A DNA stretch of 59,394 bases, the filler included. It is 6 parts of 6 records of this genome, joined end to end, with 100 filler letters (N's around TTAATTAATTAA, not from the genome) between each part and the next. Parts side by side here need not be neighbours in the genome. Positions count along the whole stretch, not along the records: positions 24,456 to 43,848 come from SRR31156797_14151; positions 43,949 to 52,004 come from SRR31156797_14153; 4 more parts are not named here. One strand, written 5' to 3'. Shown here one piece after another: positions 36,146 to 46,602 of the stretch. Position 1 is the stretch's first letter. The number at the start of each line of letters is the position of its first letter. The position numbers and the translations under genes were made by a program. The notes beneath the pieces were generated by a model. It had not been told where the DNA came from. It ran no database searches and worked only from the letters and a program-made list of their open reading frames with translations.

Positions 36146-37132
36146 TTGGCGCTTTTACGACATAAAATAGGGCGCTACGGGCTTTGCATTTTCTTTGTTT
36201 TAAGCCTGAATTTTTTCATCGTACACCTGCTTCCCGGTGATCCGTTGGTTCATCTGGTGGGAGAAGAGACCTATTTTCAGCTTCAGGGCGGAAATCCCGA
36301 GGCCCTTTCGGAACTTCGCGCCCAATACGGCTTGGACAGGCCTCTTTATGAACGGTTTTTCGTCTCCATGACCCATATTCTTTCCTTTCGTCTGGGTTGG
36401 TCCTCTCATTACGGAAAACCCGTGGTGGAAATTCTGTGGTATCGCCTCAAGTGGACCCTGTTGCTCCTCTTTCCGGCCATGGTTCTATCCGCGGTTTTCG
36501 GCCTGCTCCTGGGGTGTATTTGCGGTCGACCCGGAAAAAACACGCCGGATGGTTTCATGACGCCCCTTTGGCTTACGGTCTATTCGGTTCCCGCCTACTG
36601 CCTGGCTTTTCTGCTGTTGCTCCTTTTCGCCCATCTGGGAGATTTTTTCCCCCTGGGAGGCATGCGGGAAGTGTCCCGGACGGGGAATGCGGTTTTCGGA
36701 GATGTGTTGCGACATATGGTCCTCCCCTTGATGGTTCTTGTGCTGCATACCACGGCCTACCTCTATATGATCATGCGAAGCACCATACGTCAGGCTTTCG
36801 GAGCGGCCCATGTGTTGACGGCCGCGTCCAAGGGGCTGACGCCCGGGCGGGTGTTGATGCGCCATGTCCTTTTAAATGCCCTTCCCCCTTACATTGCGGC
36901 CGTGGCCATCAATTTCGGTTTTATTGCGGGGGGGGCGCTTTTGGTGGAGGTGGTCTTTTCCTGGCAGGGAATGGGGTCCCTCATGTACGAGGCGGTGTTG
37001 AGCAGGGATTATCCCATTCTATCGGGCTGCTTCCTCTTCCTCTCCTTTTCGGTCATAGGCTTTAACATCATGGCGGATCTTTTGTGCGGTTTCATCGATC
37101 CACGGATGAGGGATGATGCCGCGATTATGTAA
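36146..37132 (+). CDS. ABC permease (NikB/OppB type)
   Basis: LPGDP, YGLDRPL, VEVVFSWQGMG and RDYP motifs. Confidence 0.9.
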   Translation: MALLRHKIGRYGLCIFFVLSLNFFIVHLLPGDPLVHLVGEETYFQLQGGNPEALSELRAQYGLDRPLYERFFVSMTHILSFRLGWSSHYGKPVVEILWYRLKWTLLLLFPAMVLSAVFGLLLGCICGRPGKNTPDGFMTPLWLTVYSVPAYCLAFLLLLLFAHLGDFFPLGGMREVSRTGNAVFGDVLRHMVLPLMVLVLHTTAYLYMIMRSTIRQAFGAAHVLTAASKGLTPGRVLMRHVLLNALPPYIAAVAINFGFIAGGALLVEVVFSWQGMGSLMYEAVLSRDYPILSGCFLFLSFSVIGFNIMADLLCGFIDPRMRDDAAIM

Positions 37133-38915
37133 AGGGCGGGTCATATGGGCCCCTTCCGCATGCCTGTGTCTGCTTCTCGCGGCGGCCGCATTTCCAGGGC
37201 TCCTGGCCCCTTTTTCCCCCGGAGAGCTGGCGTTACCCTACATGCCGCCCGCCGGTCGGCACCTTCTGGGAACGAACCACATCGGGCAGGACCTGTTCAG
37301 CCAACTCATCTATTCGGCCCGCATGACCCTGGCCGTATCCCTTGGTGCCTCTTTTCTGGCCACGGGCATGGGAACCCTTGTGGGGTTGACGGCGGGTTAT
37401 AGGAGAGGGCGGTGGGACGGGTGGCTCATGCGCATAACCGATATATTCCTGCTCCTGCCGGGGTTACCCCTGATCATTCTACTGGCGGCCCACATGGATT
37501 CAGGAATGACCGGTATTGCCATGGTCATCGGCATGACCGCGTGGCCCGGCACGGCCCGGGTGATCCGCGCCAATGTGCTTCAGATAAGCCGGCGGAACTT
37601 CATTCGAAGCGCCGAGGTCATGGGGGCCGGGCCTCTGTATATCATGTTCGCCCACATCCTGCCCAATATCTTTCATGTGGTCCTGGCCAAAACCGTTTTA
37701 GCGGCGGCATCGGCCATGGTGACGGAAGCCGGCGTCAGTTTTCTGGGATTGGGGGATCCCCAGTACAAAAGCTGGGGCGCCATGTTGCACGAGGCTTTTA
37801 CCAACGGCGGTCTGTTGAACGGATGTTACGGGTGGTATCTCCCCCCCATCATCTGTATTTCCATGACGGTTCTCTGTTTGACCCTGGCGGGACGGAAATT
37901 GATGGGCGATGATGATCAAACCCTTCTCCCCGGACGCGCCGTGGGTCATGGTCCGCTGGGGTCCCTGAAACCCCGAAACGACCCATGCCTAGAGATAACG
38001 GATTTGTCCGTTGATTTCGCCAATCCCCACGGAACCCCCGTTCGGGCCATGGATCGCGTGAACCTGACGGTGAACCGGGGCCGGCATCTGGCGGTCATCG
38101 GGGAAACGGGCAGCGGAAAAAGCGTGCTGTTGCTGGCCCTTATGGGCTTGCTCCCTGAAAACGGTTCAGCCACGGGGGCGATCCGTTTTTGTGGACAAAA
38201 TCTTTTGGACCTTTCCGAAAGGGCATTTTGCAGGCTTCGGGGTCGATATGTGGCTTACGTTCCCCAAGGGGCCGGTCAGGCCCTGAACCCTTTGATTCGG
38301 GTGGGAGGGCAAGTGGCGGAGCCCCTTCGAGTTCATGAACGGATGTCCCGAAAGGAGGCCCTTCAAAAGGCCGTGGAGATGCTGGATCGAATGGGGATTC
38401 CCGATGCCCACGACCGAAGCCGGGAATATCCCCATCAATACAGCGGCGGCATGATCCAGCGGGCTTTAGGGGCCATGGGACTGATTTCGGGGGCGTCTCT
38501 CATACTTCTGGATGAGCCCACCAAAGGGTTGGATTCCGAAAACAAAGAGGCGATTTTTAATCTTCTTGAAGAATATGCGGAGGAAACCTTTGTGATGGTG
38601 ACCCATGACCTGCTTTTTGCAAAGCGGTTTTCCCACGAAGTGGCGGTTATGCTGAATGCTCGAATCGTGGAAAAGGCGCCTTCGCGCGTTTTTTTTGAAA
38701 CCCCCCTGCACCCTTATGCCAGGGCCCTGCTGAAGGCCCAGCCGAGCCATGGCATGCAGGTGGAAACCCCCTTTCATTCCGAACCATTCTCTGCATGGGG
38801 CTGCCCCTTTGCCGACCGCTGTCCACAGGCGGTTGGAAGATGCGGTCACATGCCTCCCATGATCAATATGGGCAAACGTTCGGTGCGGTGCTGGCTTTAT
38901 GATCCTGAAAACTGA
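37113..38915 (+). CDS. Fused ABC permease and ATPase (OppC-OppD type)
   Basis: HLLGT..GQD and HILPN, then GETGSGKS, YSGGM, DEPT, HPY and the Cys-rich C-terminus in one frame. Confidence 0.88.
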   Translation: MMPRLCKGRVIWAPSACLCLLLAAAAFPGLLAPFSPGELALPYMPPAGRHLLGTNHIGQDLFSQLIYSARMTLAVSLGASFLATGMGTLVGLTAGYRRGRWDGWLMRITDIFLLLPGLPLIILLAAHMDSGMTGIAMVIGMTAWPGTARVIRANVLQISRRNFIRSAEVMGAGPLYIMFAHILPNIFHVVLAKTVLAAASAMVTEAGVSFLGLGDPQYKSWGAMLHEAFTNGGLLNGCYGWYLPPIICISMTVLCLTLAGRKLMGDDDQTLLPGRAVGHGPLGSLKPRNDPCLEITDLSVDFANPHGTPVRAMDRVNLTVNRGRHLAVIGETGSGKSVLLLALMGLLPENGSATGAIRFCGQNLLDLSERAFCRLRGRYVAYVPQGAGQALNPLIRVGGQVAEPLRVHERMSRKEALQKAVEMLDRMGIPDAHDRSREYPHQYSGGMIQRALGAMGLISGASLILLDEPTKGLDSENKEAIFNLLEEYAEETFVMVTHDLLFAKRFSHEVAVMLNARIVEKAPSRVFFETPLHPYARALLKAQPSHGMQVETPFHSEPFSAWGCPFADRCPQAVGRCGHMPPMINMGKRSVRCWLYDPEN

Positions 38916-39585
38916 AAATCTGCATAAAAGCTTTAATACCTACCGGCGGCATGCCGAAGGACGTTTTGTGCTCAATGGGGTCCGCTTTCTCCTGGATGCG
39001 GGAGAAACCATCGGAATTTCAGGAAAAAGCGGCGCGGGCAAGAGCACCCTGGCCCTCATTTTGTGCGGTCTCGAAAAACCCGACCGGGGGGAGGTGTGGT
39101 TGGGGGAAACTTCCGTATGGCCCCGAGCCGGACGGCGGGGGCGTCAACACATTCATCGCCGCCTCCAGATCCTGTGGCAGCATCCCGAAACCGCTTTCAA
39201 CCCCCGCTGGAAACTGGCGAGAAGTCTGCTGGAACCCTTGCGCATTCATGGTTTGCCCGCTCCTTCGAATATTTTGAAAGGGCCATTGGATGAGCTTCAT
39301 TTGCCCCCCGATGTTCTAAAACGATACCCCCTTCAGTTGAGTGGAGGGGAGTTACAGCGACTGGCCCTGGCCAGGGCCCTCATGCTGAAACCGGAGGTTC
39401 TCATCCTGGATGAACCCACCAGCATGCTCGATGTCCTGACCCAGGCCCGGATCATTCGGCTTCTTCAAGGCATTCAGCGAAAAACCGGTTTGTCCTATGT
39501 ATTTATCAGCCACGACAGGGACTTGGTGGACCGGTTCAGTCACCGGGCCTTTCTTTTGAGTGAAGGATTGTTGAAACCTTTGTGA
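38899..39585 (+). CDS. ABC ATPase (NikE/OppF type)
   Basis: GKSGAGKS, LSGGELQR, LDEPTSMLD and ISHD motifs. Confidence 0.92.
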   Translation: MILKTENLHKSFNTYRRHAEGRFVLNGVRFLLDAGETIGISGKSGAGKSTLALILCGLEKPDRGEVWLGETSVWPRAGRRGRQHIHRRLQILWQHPETAFNPRWKLARSLLEPLRIHGLPAPSNILKGPLDELHLPPDVLKRYPLQLSGGELQRLALARALMLKPEVLILDEPTSMLDVLTQARIIRLLQGIQRKTGLSYVFISHDRDLVDRFSHRAFLLSEGLLKPL

Positions 39586-39594
39586 GATTCAAAA

Positions 39595-40452
39595 ATGACC
39601 ATGAATAATGGAAAAGGCCGCCACTTGAAATTGCATAATAGCGCCGGGCGGGGCCCCCGGGCCAAGGCATGGGCCTCTCAAATGGGCGGCTGGCATGGGG
39701 AAAGAACCGGAACCGGAGGGCCGGTCGACTCCGGAAGTTTCTGGAACGGCTTTGATCTCTGGGAGACCTATGAGCCCTACACGCGCTATCCGGGAAAATT
39801 GATGGCGCCCATTTTAAACTGCATCACGCCGCAAACAACGGTGCTGGACGTGGGTGCGGGCACCGGGGCCCTCACCCTGCCCATGGCCGCCCACGCCCGC
39901 TCGGTAACGGCGGTTGAACCTTCTTCTGCTCAATGTGCGCGTCTCCTGAAAAACGCCGAACAGCTGGGGTTTGCCAACCTGAAAGTATTGGAAAATCGCT
40001 GGGAAGACGTGCGGGTTCAAGCATTGGAAACCCATGATGTGGTGACCGCCGGCTATTGCCTCTTTATGCCGGAGATTGAACCGGTCCTTTGGAAAATGGA
40101 TCAACTGGCGCGCCGCCGTATTTTCATGGTGCACCTGGCGGATCATGATCTTCAGGAACCCATCCGGCGGATTTTGGGCCGACGGACGGCCCTTCCCGAC
40201 CACCGGATGTTGCATAATGTTCTAACGGAATTGGGATGGAAGGTTCAAAGCACGATTTTCACCCGGAATTTTGAACTGCCCCTGCGCCTTCAAATGGACA
40301 TGTTCCGCTACGCACAACATTTCAGCGACGGGGAATTGAACGAACTGGAAAGTTACCTTCAAAAAAGTGGGCGGGTCCGCATGGGGCAGGGAATTTCATG
40401 GGTGAAACGGCAATACCGCGATGCCCTCATAAGCGTCAAAAAAAATGATTAA
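39595..40452 (+). CDS. Class I SAM-dependent methyltransferase
   Basis: VLDVGAGTGAL, AVEPS, RWED and HDVV motifs. Confidence 0.85.
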   Translation: MTMNNGKGRHLKLHNSAGRGPRAKAWASQMGGWHGERTGTGGPVDSGSFWNGFDLWETYEPYTRYPGKLMAPILNCITPQTTVLDVGAGTGALTLPMAAHARSVTAVEPSSAQCARLLKNAEQLGFANLKVLENRWEDVRVQALETHDVVTAGYCLFMPEIEPVLWKMDQLARRRIFMVHLADHDLQEPIRRILGRRTALPDHRMLHNVLTELGWKVQSTIFTRNFELPLRLQMDMFRYAQHFSDGELNELESYLQKSGRVRMGQGISWVKRQYRDALISVKKND

Positions 40453-40520
40453 GGCGCAGCCAAATGGGATCGGAAACGGGCGTTAACAGAACCCTATGAT
40501 TGGAGCCTGCGGGACTATTG

Positions 40521-42962
40521 TTACGGGATGACGGCGCCGGCCAGAACCTCGCGAAGAACGGCCCGGATGTCATCCACCCGATACGGTTTGGTCAGTTTGG
40601 CGCAAAACCCGTTGGATCCGGGGTCGGCCATGACCGGATCGGTGGCGTAGCCGGACGAAACTATGGCCCTGACGCCGGGGTCCATCTCCTTAAGGCGGGC
40701 CAAGGTTTCCTTTCCTCCCATGCCTCCCGGAATGGTAAGGTCCAAGATCACGGCATCGAAACCCCCGCCATTCCGCCTCGCCCGCTCATAAGCTTCAATC
40801 GCCTCTGCTCCGTCGGCAACCGCGCACACCGTGTAGCCCAACGCAAGGAGGATCGACTCCATTACGGAGCGTACCGATGCCTCGTCATCCACAACGAGGA
40901 TATGTCCACCTCCCGATACGGCCCTTTTCCCAAAGTCCGCTTGCGCCTTCACATCCTCGTAAGACGCGGGAAGATAAACCGTAAATGTGGTTCCGACCCG
41001 CACCTGTGAATGCACCCCGATGTGCCCCCCGTGCTTTTGGATTATGGAATAACAACTGAACAATCCCAGCCCGCTGCCCTTCTCTTTGGTGGTGAAGAAA
41101 GGATCGAATATCTTGAATAGACGCTCCTCCGGAATACCGATGCCGGAATCGGAGACGGCAATCTTCACGTAATTCGCCGGCGGCAACGGAAGATCGTCAT
41201 CATGGGCCACCGTTACATTCTCGGCCCCGATACGGATCACGCCGCCCTTCGGCATTGCCTGATCGGCATTGATCACCAGATTATTGATCACCTGGCTGAT
41301 TTGTCCCGGGTCCGCCTTCACGTTGAACAAATCGTGGGAAATCCGAAATTCGCACTTGGCCCCGGAACCCCGTATGGCAAACCCGGCCGAATCTCGAATA
41401 ATATCTTCGATTGAGGTCGTCTCAAACAAGGGGGCCCCGCCTTTGGAGAACGTCAGCAGTTGCTGTGTGAGATCTTTCGCACGCAAGGCGGCTTTTTCGG
41501 CTTTGCGGATCAATTGCCCAATCTCGGTCCCCGCATCGGCATGGATACCGGCCAAGGAGATATTGCCGAGGATCGCAGCAAGAAGGTTATTGAAATCATG
41601 GGCGATTCCTCCGGCCAGCGTGCCGACGGATTCCAGTTTTTCAGCCTTGGCCAACTCCTCTTCCATGCGCTTTCGATCGGTAATATCCGTAATCATTGCG
41701 AAAGCGCCAAGCACGCTCCCGTCCCCGTCGAACATGGGCCTGGCATTGACAATCGTGAACAGTGTACTCCCGTCTTTTCGCAGCAAACTGAGATCATACT
41801 GGTCCCCGAGACCCCGCAGGCGCCTGGAAAACTGATTCTTGAAGCGGATCGCATTCTCCTCATCCAGAAAATCGCCGACCTTACGCCCCATCATTTCATG
41901 GACGGAATACCCCAGCATATGCGCCAGGCGCCCGTTGACGAATGAATAGCGCCCATGGAGATCAACAATTGAAATACCTTCTCCGGCCGTTTCAATGAGC
42001 ATTCGATACCGCTCCTCGCTTTGGCGGAGGGCCTCGGTTCTCCGGCGCACCTGCCCCTTGAGGGATCGGTTCCACACGGCGACCGCTGCCGCAATCAGCA
42101 GCAAAGCGGCCAACCCCGCGGAAACAAACAACATCCGTTTCCGCCACACAGTGTCGCGGGGCGCACCGAGATGGACCCATTTTCGATATATCCCGTCCCG
42201 GGTCTCGGGCGATATTCGTGTCAGAGCCTTATCAAGGATGCTTCTCAATTCCGGCCAGTCTTTTCGGCAGGCAATTCCCAGATCATACACATAGCCGGTC
42301 TCTCCAGCCGCTCTGAGATTGGTTATGCCTTCCTGATCGATAAAGTAGGAGGCCACCCCCATATGTGCAATGAGGGCATCCGTCATCCCGAAGGAAACTT
42401 TTCGTAATGCCGTCTTCACATCGGAGACCGGATCCAACAGGATACCGGGATAATCCCTGTGAACCCATTTTGTGGCCGCGAAACCCGCCACACAGGAAAC
42501 CGTCATCCCCTCAAGCATATCAAGGGTGACCGTACCTTTTACGCCGTTATGTACGATAATCACCACAGGGCAGTGCAGATAGGGTTTGGTGAAATTCATG
42601 AACCGGGAACGCTCCACGGTATTCATTGCCGACGGCTGCATATCCAGTCGGCGGGCCTTCAGCTTATCCCAAAGCCCCGTCCAGGAATCCTCAGGCGTCA
42701 CCGTAAACCTTATGCCGAGTTGCTCTTCAATCAGAGCAATGTAGTCCGCTGAGATACCGAGATATTCGCCGTTATTACCCGAAAATTCGATGGGGGGATA
42801 GCGCGTATCAAAGCCCATTCGGATATCCGGATGTTCAGCCAGCCATTGACGTTCGCTTTGGGTGAGGAAGTCCGTCGGCTCAACTCCCAACGATTGTGCG
42901 CCGGGGAGCAGCAACAGCATGATGGAAAGGAGAAAACCCGATAGGGATCTGATACTATTCAT
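40521..42962 (-). CDS. Hybrid sensor histidine kinase (periplasmic binding domain, PAS, HisKA, HATPase, receiver)
   Basis: YPPIEF, GGIAHDFNNLL, NLVINA, FDPFFTTK..GSGLGL, LVVDDE and ILDL motifs. Confidence 0.93.
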   Translation of the reverse strand: MNSIRSLSGFLLSIMLLLLPGAQSLGVEPTDFLTQSERQWLAEHPDIRMGFDTRYPPIEFSGNNGEYLGISADYIALIEEQLGIRFTVTPEDSWTGLWDKLKARRLDMQPSAMNTVERSRFMNFTKPYLHCPVVIIVHNGVKGTVTLDMLEGMTVSCVAGFAATKWVHRDYPGILLDPVSDVKTALRKVSFGMTDALIAHMGVASYFIDQEGITNLRAAGETGYVYDLGIACRKDWPELRSILDKALTRISPETRDGIYRKWVHLGAPRDTVWRKRMLFVSAGLAALLLIAAAVAVWNRSLKGQVRRRTEALRQSEERYRMLIETAGEGISIVDLHGRYSFVNGRLAHMLGYSVHEMMGRKVGDFLDEENAIRFKNQFSRRLRGLGDQYDLSLLRKDGSTLFTIVNARPMFDGDGSVLGAFAMITDITDRKRMEEELAKAEKLESVGTLAGGIAHDFNNLLAAILGNISLAGIHADAGTEIGQLIRKAEKAALRAKDLTQQLLTFSKGGAPLFETTSIEDIIRDSAGFAIRGSGAKCEFRISHDLFNVKADPGQISQVINNLVINADQAMPKGGVIRIGAENVTVAHDDDLPLPPANYVKIAVSDSGIGIPEERLFKIFDPFFTTKEKGSGLGLFSCYSIIQKHGGHIGVHSQVRVGTTFTVYLPASYEDVKAQADFGKRAVSGGGHILVVDDEASVRSVMESILLALGYTVCAVADGAEAIEAYERARRNGGGFDAVILDLTIPGGMGGKETLARLKEMDPGVRAIVSSGYATDPVMADPGSNGFCAKLTKPYRVDDIRAVLREVLAGAVIP

Positions 42963-43086
42963 ATTCAGTGGGCATGGTTAATATTCCGCCACAATCGTTG
43001 AAGGGAAGCGGTCTTCTTGGGGTCCGTCATCCGGGGTGAGTTAAAAAGAGGGTCCATGAACGGCGCTCACGGACCATCGTCAAGGG

Positions 43087-43803
43087 TTATTCCGGAGGCA
43101 TGGTGCTCATATCGGGAACCCAACCTTCGGGCGTCTTTCGGTACAGGGGGTACCGGATGGGCGACTTGACCAGGGCGGGCCATTTGGGATCCATGGATCC
43201 AAGGCGGTCCACCCACACATTGGTCTCCCGGTTGGCCACCACGATCCCCACAAGTTCGATCCCCAGTTTTTCCACCAGTTTCAATTCGGCCGATAAGGTT
43301 CCGCCGGTGCTGATGACATCCTCCACGAGGATGGCCCTTTTGCCGTCAAGACGTTCCAGCAGTTTGGGATCGATATATACCTGCTTCGGCACCGTGGGGC
43401 TTGTGATGGATGTGACCGGCACGGAAAGTTCGTCTTCGTACCAGAATTTGCGGGAGTAACCCAGGGGCACGTAGCGCTCATGCCCCAATTTCCTGGCCAC
43501 GATGGGGGCGTAGACCATCCCCAGGGTAGGCATCCCGATAACCACTTCCGGATTCCACTGTTGAGCCAAATTGGCCATTTCCGTTGTGAGACGATCTTCC
43601 ACCTCGAAAGTGGTCTGATTGGAGCACAAAAACGCGATGGCCGTATCGAAGTCGGGGGGCAAGGGGAGGATGGGAAGATCGAGCCAGTCACCGTCCGGAA
43701 GCTGAACGGGAACACTATCCTGATAGGGGGGTTGGGGGGCCTCTTTCATTTCAGATGCCGGGATCAACCGTTCACAATTACTTCCTCTACCTTTCAAATC
43801 CAT
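43087..43803 (-). CDS. Type I phosphoribosyltransferase
   Basis: PRPP-binding motif ILVEDVISTGGT; GMPTLG; SRKFWY. Confidence 0.85.
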   Translation of the reverse strand: MDLKGRGSNCERLIPASEMKEAPQPPYQDSVPVQLPDGDWLDLPILPLPPDFDTAIAFLCSNQTTFEVEDRLTTEMANLAQQWNPEVVIGMPTLGMVYAPIVARKLGHERYVPLGYSRKFWYEDELSVPVTSITSPTVPKQVYIDPKLLERLDGKRAILVEDVISTGGTLSAELKLVEKLGIELVGIVVANRETNVWVDRLGSMDPKWPALVKSPIRYPLYRKTPEGWVPDMSTMPPE

Positions 43804-43848
43804 GAAACACTCCTATTTGTTAATAATCATTGGAAAACATAGTACGGG

Positions 43849-43948
43849 NNNNNNNNNNNNNNNNNNNNNNNNNNNNNNNNNNNNNNNNNNNNTTAATTAA
43901 TTAANNNNNNNNNNNNNNNNNNNNNNNNNNNNNNNNNNNNNNNNNNNN
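43849..43948. other. Artificial contig spacer
   Basis: N run with TTAATTAATTAA. Confidence 0.98.
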
Positions 43949-43949
43949 T

Positions 43950-46583
43950 GGTATTGGTACAATTAACAATAGTGATCCACTATATATTGTAGATGGGATG
44001 CCTATTGGCGGAGGGATTGATTATCTAAATCCTAGTGATATAAAATCTGTTGAGGTTTTGAAAGATGCTGCTTCAGGAGCAGTATATGGAGCTCGTGCTG
44101 CCAATGGTGTTATTCTGATAACAACAAAAAATGGTAGTAAAGGCAAATTATCTGTAACCTATGATTTTTCAAAAGGTTGGCAAAGTAAGTGGAACAAAAG
44201 AGATGTATTAAATGCTCAGCAGTATGCTTTGTTGATTAATGAAGGATTGGTTAATTCAGGAGAAGAGAAGAGATATGACGATCCTTATGCTTTGGGTAAA
44301 GGAACAGATTGGCAAGATTTGGTTTTTTATGATAATGCTCCTGTTGAAAATCATCAGGTAAGTGTAAGTGGAGGTGGTGATAAAGTTCTTTACTATTTTT
44401 CTGGAGGATATTACAAGCAGGATGGTATTGTTGGCGGTAATTTTGACCGTTCCAATTATGAGAGAATTTCATTAAGAACAAATACTACCTATAACCTTTT
44501 GGATAATAAGGATCGTAACTTTTTAAATAAATTCTCAGCGGGAATTAATATTGCTTACACAAGAATTAATTCTAAAGGAATTGGTACAAATTCAGAGTAT
44601 GGTTCGGCACTTGGTGGTGCAATTTCATTTTCTCCATTGTTAGGTTTGTATGAAGAAGATCAAGCTGCAGCTGCTGCCCTACATCCAACGGCAGTTCGTG
44701 ATCCTAAAAATGGATTGATTTACACAATTGCAGGTGACGATTATAATGAAATTACTAACCCTGTAGCTCAGCTTGCTTTACCAGGAGCTGAGGATACTTC
44801 AGATAAATTTGTATCTACGTTTTGGGGTGAATTAAACATCTGGGATAATTTAAAGATTAGATCATCATTTGGTACTGATTTAGCATATTGGGGGAATGAT
44901 GGTTGGACTCCTGAATATTATTTGGGTAAATCTTCTTATTCTGATGATTCAAAAGTTTGGTCGAGTATGAATCGTGGATATACTTGGCAGGTAGAAAACA
45001 TTTTATCATACGAGAAGAGTATAAACGATAAGCATAATTTCAACATCATGTTGGGACAATCTGCTAAAAAAACTACTGGTCGTAGCTTAAGTGGTAGTAA
45101 TAAGTATATGGTTGAAGAAAATGGCGATAAAGCCAATATCGATTTTACAACCGGAACTGCTGCTAATGGCGATCAAACAGCTGGAGGTGGCGCTTGGAGT
45201 CCACATACTTTATCGTCTGTTTTTGCTCGATTAAGCTATAACTTTTCAGAGAAATACATGTTCCAGGCTACAATTCGTAGAGATGGTTCATCGAACTTTG
45301 GTCCAGGTAAAAAGTACGGTACTTTCCCATCGGTTTCTTTCGGATGGAATATTACAAAAGAAGCGTTCATGGACTCTCGTCCAGAGTGGTTTACATCTAC
45401 CAAGTTAAGAGCTTCATGGGGTAAGAATGGTAATGAAAATATTGGTGCTTTTGGATACACTGCTCTTACTTCTACTGGAAATAATTATGCATTCGGACCT
45501 GGTGATGGTGTATTGGTTAATGGAACAAAAGCATCTGGATTAGCGAATACATTATTGGCGTGGGAAGAATCAGAGCAAACAGACATTGGTCTTGATTTTG
45601 GTTTCCTAGATAATGCATTGACTTTTACAGTTGATTATTATGAGAAAAAAACCAACGGAATGTTGATGACTATGGCTATCCCTTCTTATGTTGGTGAATC
45701 AAAACCAACGGGTAATGTTGGAGATATGAAAAATTGGGGTGTTGAATTCGATTTAGGATATAAATTCAAAGTTGGTGATTTCAACTTTAACATTCGTGGT
45801 AATGCTTCATATCTGGAAAATGAATTGGTTAATTTAGGTAATGCAGATGGTTTTGCAAACTATGACGGTTATGCGAATGTAGGAACAATTTCAAGAGCTG
45901 AAAATGGAATGCCATTCCCATATTTCTATGGATATAAAACAGATGGTATTTTCCAAAATTCCTCAGAGGTTAATGCGCATGTTAACAATGAAGGAGGTTT
46001 AATACAAGCAGATGCAGTCCCTGGAGATGTAAGGTTTGTGGATATTAATGGTGATGGTACCATTAATGATGAAGATCGTACTAAGATTGGTAAAGGTATG
46101 CCGGATTGGACCTATGGTTTAAATATTGGTATTGATTACAAAGGGTTTGATTTTAGCATGATGTTGCAAGGTACAATTGGAAACGATATTTACGATGCTA
46201 CAAGACGTACAGACTTGCGCTACATCAATTTACCTGCCTACATGCTAGACCGTTGGACAGGTGAAGGAACATCTAATACAATTCCACGTTTTTCATTCTC
46301 AGATAATAATGGAAATTGGTTGTCATCTGATCTATACGTTAAAAAAGGAGATTACATGCGTGTTAAAAATGTAACCTTAGGTTATACTTTACCAAAAAAT
46401 CTTGTTAACAAAGCATTTGTGAAAAGTTTACGTTTATACGTTTCTGCTGAAAATCTTTTCACTTTCACAAAATATGAAGGTTTTGATCCTGAAATCTCTT
46501 CAGGAGGTACGTCTCTTGGAATTGATCGTGGTATATACCCACAGGCAAGAACATATACAGTTGGTGTAAATCTGGCTTTTTAA
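43950..46583 (+). CDS. susC: SusC/RagA TonB-dependent transporter (5'-truncated)
   Basis: PLYIVDG, VLKDAASGAVYGARAANGVILITTK, RRDGSS and YPQART..F motifs. Confidence 0.95.
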   Translation, partial: GIGTINNSDPLYIVDGMPIGGGIDYLNPSDIKSVEVLKDAASGAVYGARAANGVILITTKNGSKGKLSVTYDFSKGWQSKWNKRDVLNAQQYALLINEGLVNSGEEKRYDDPYALGKGTDWQDLVFYDNAPVENHQVSVSGGGDKVLYYFSGGYYKQDGIVGGNFDRSNYERISLRTNTTYNLLDNKDRNFLNKFSAGINIAYTRINSKGIGTNSEYGSALGGAISFSPLLGLYEEDQAAAAALHPTAVRDPKNGLIYTIAGDDYNEITNPVAQLALPGAEDTSDKFVSTFWGELNIWDNLKIRSSFGTDLAYWGNDGWTPEYYLGKSSYSDDSKVWSSMNRGYTWQVENILSYEKSINDKHNFNIMLGQSAKKTTGRSLSGSNKYMVEENGDKANIDFTTGTAANGDQTAGGGAWSPHTLSSVFARLSYNFSEKYMFQATIRRDGSSNFGPGKKYGTFPSVSFGWNITKEAFMDSRPEWFTSTKLRASWGKNGNENIGAFGYTALTSTGNNYAFGPGDGVLVNGTKASGLANTLLAWEESEQTDIGLDFGFLDNALTFTVDYYEKKTNGMLMTMAIPSYVGESKPTGNVGDMKNWGVEFDLGYKFKVGDFNFNIRGNASYLENELVNLGNADGFANYDGYANVGTISRAENGMPFPYFYGYKTDGIFQNSSEVNAHVNNEGGLIQADAVPGDVRFVDINGDGTINDEDRTKIGKGMPDWTYGLNIGIDYKGFDFSMMLQGTIGNDIYDATRRTDLRYINLPAYMLDRWTGEGTSNTIPRFSFSDNNGNWLSSDLYVKKGDYMRVKNVTLGYTLPKNLVNKAFVKSLRLYVSAENLFTFTKYEGFDPEISSGGTSLGIDRGIYPQARTYTVGVNLAF

Positions 46584-46602
46584 CGACTAAAAACATAAAG
46601 AA

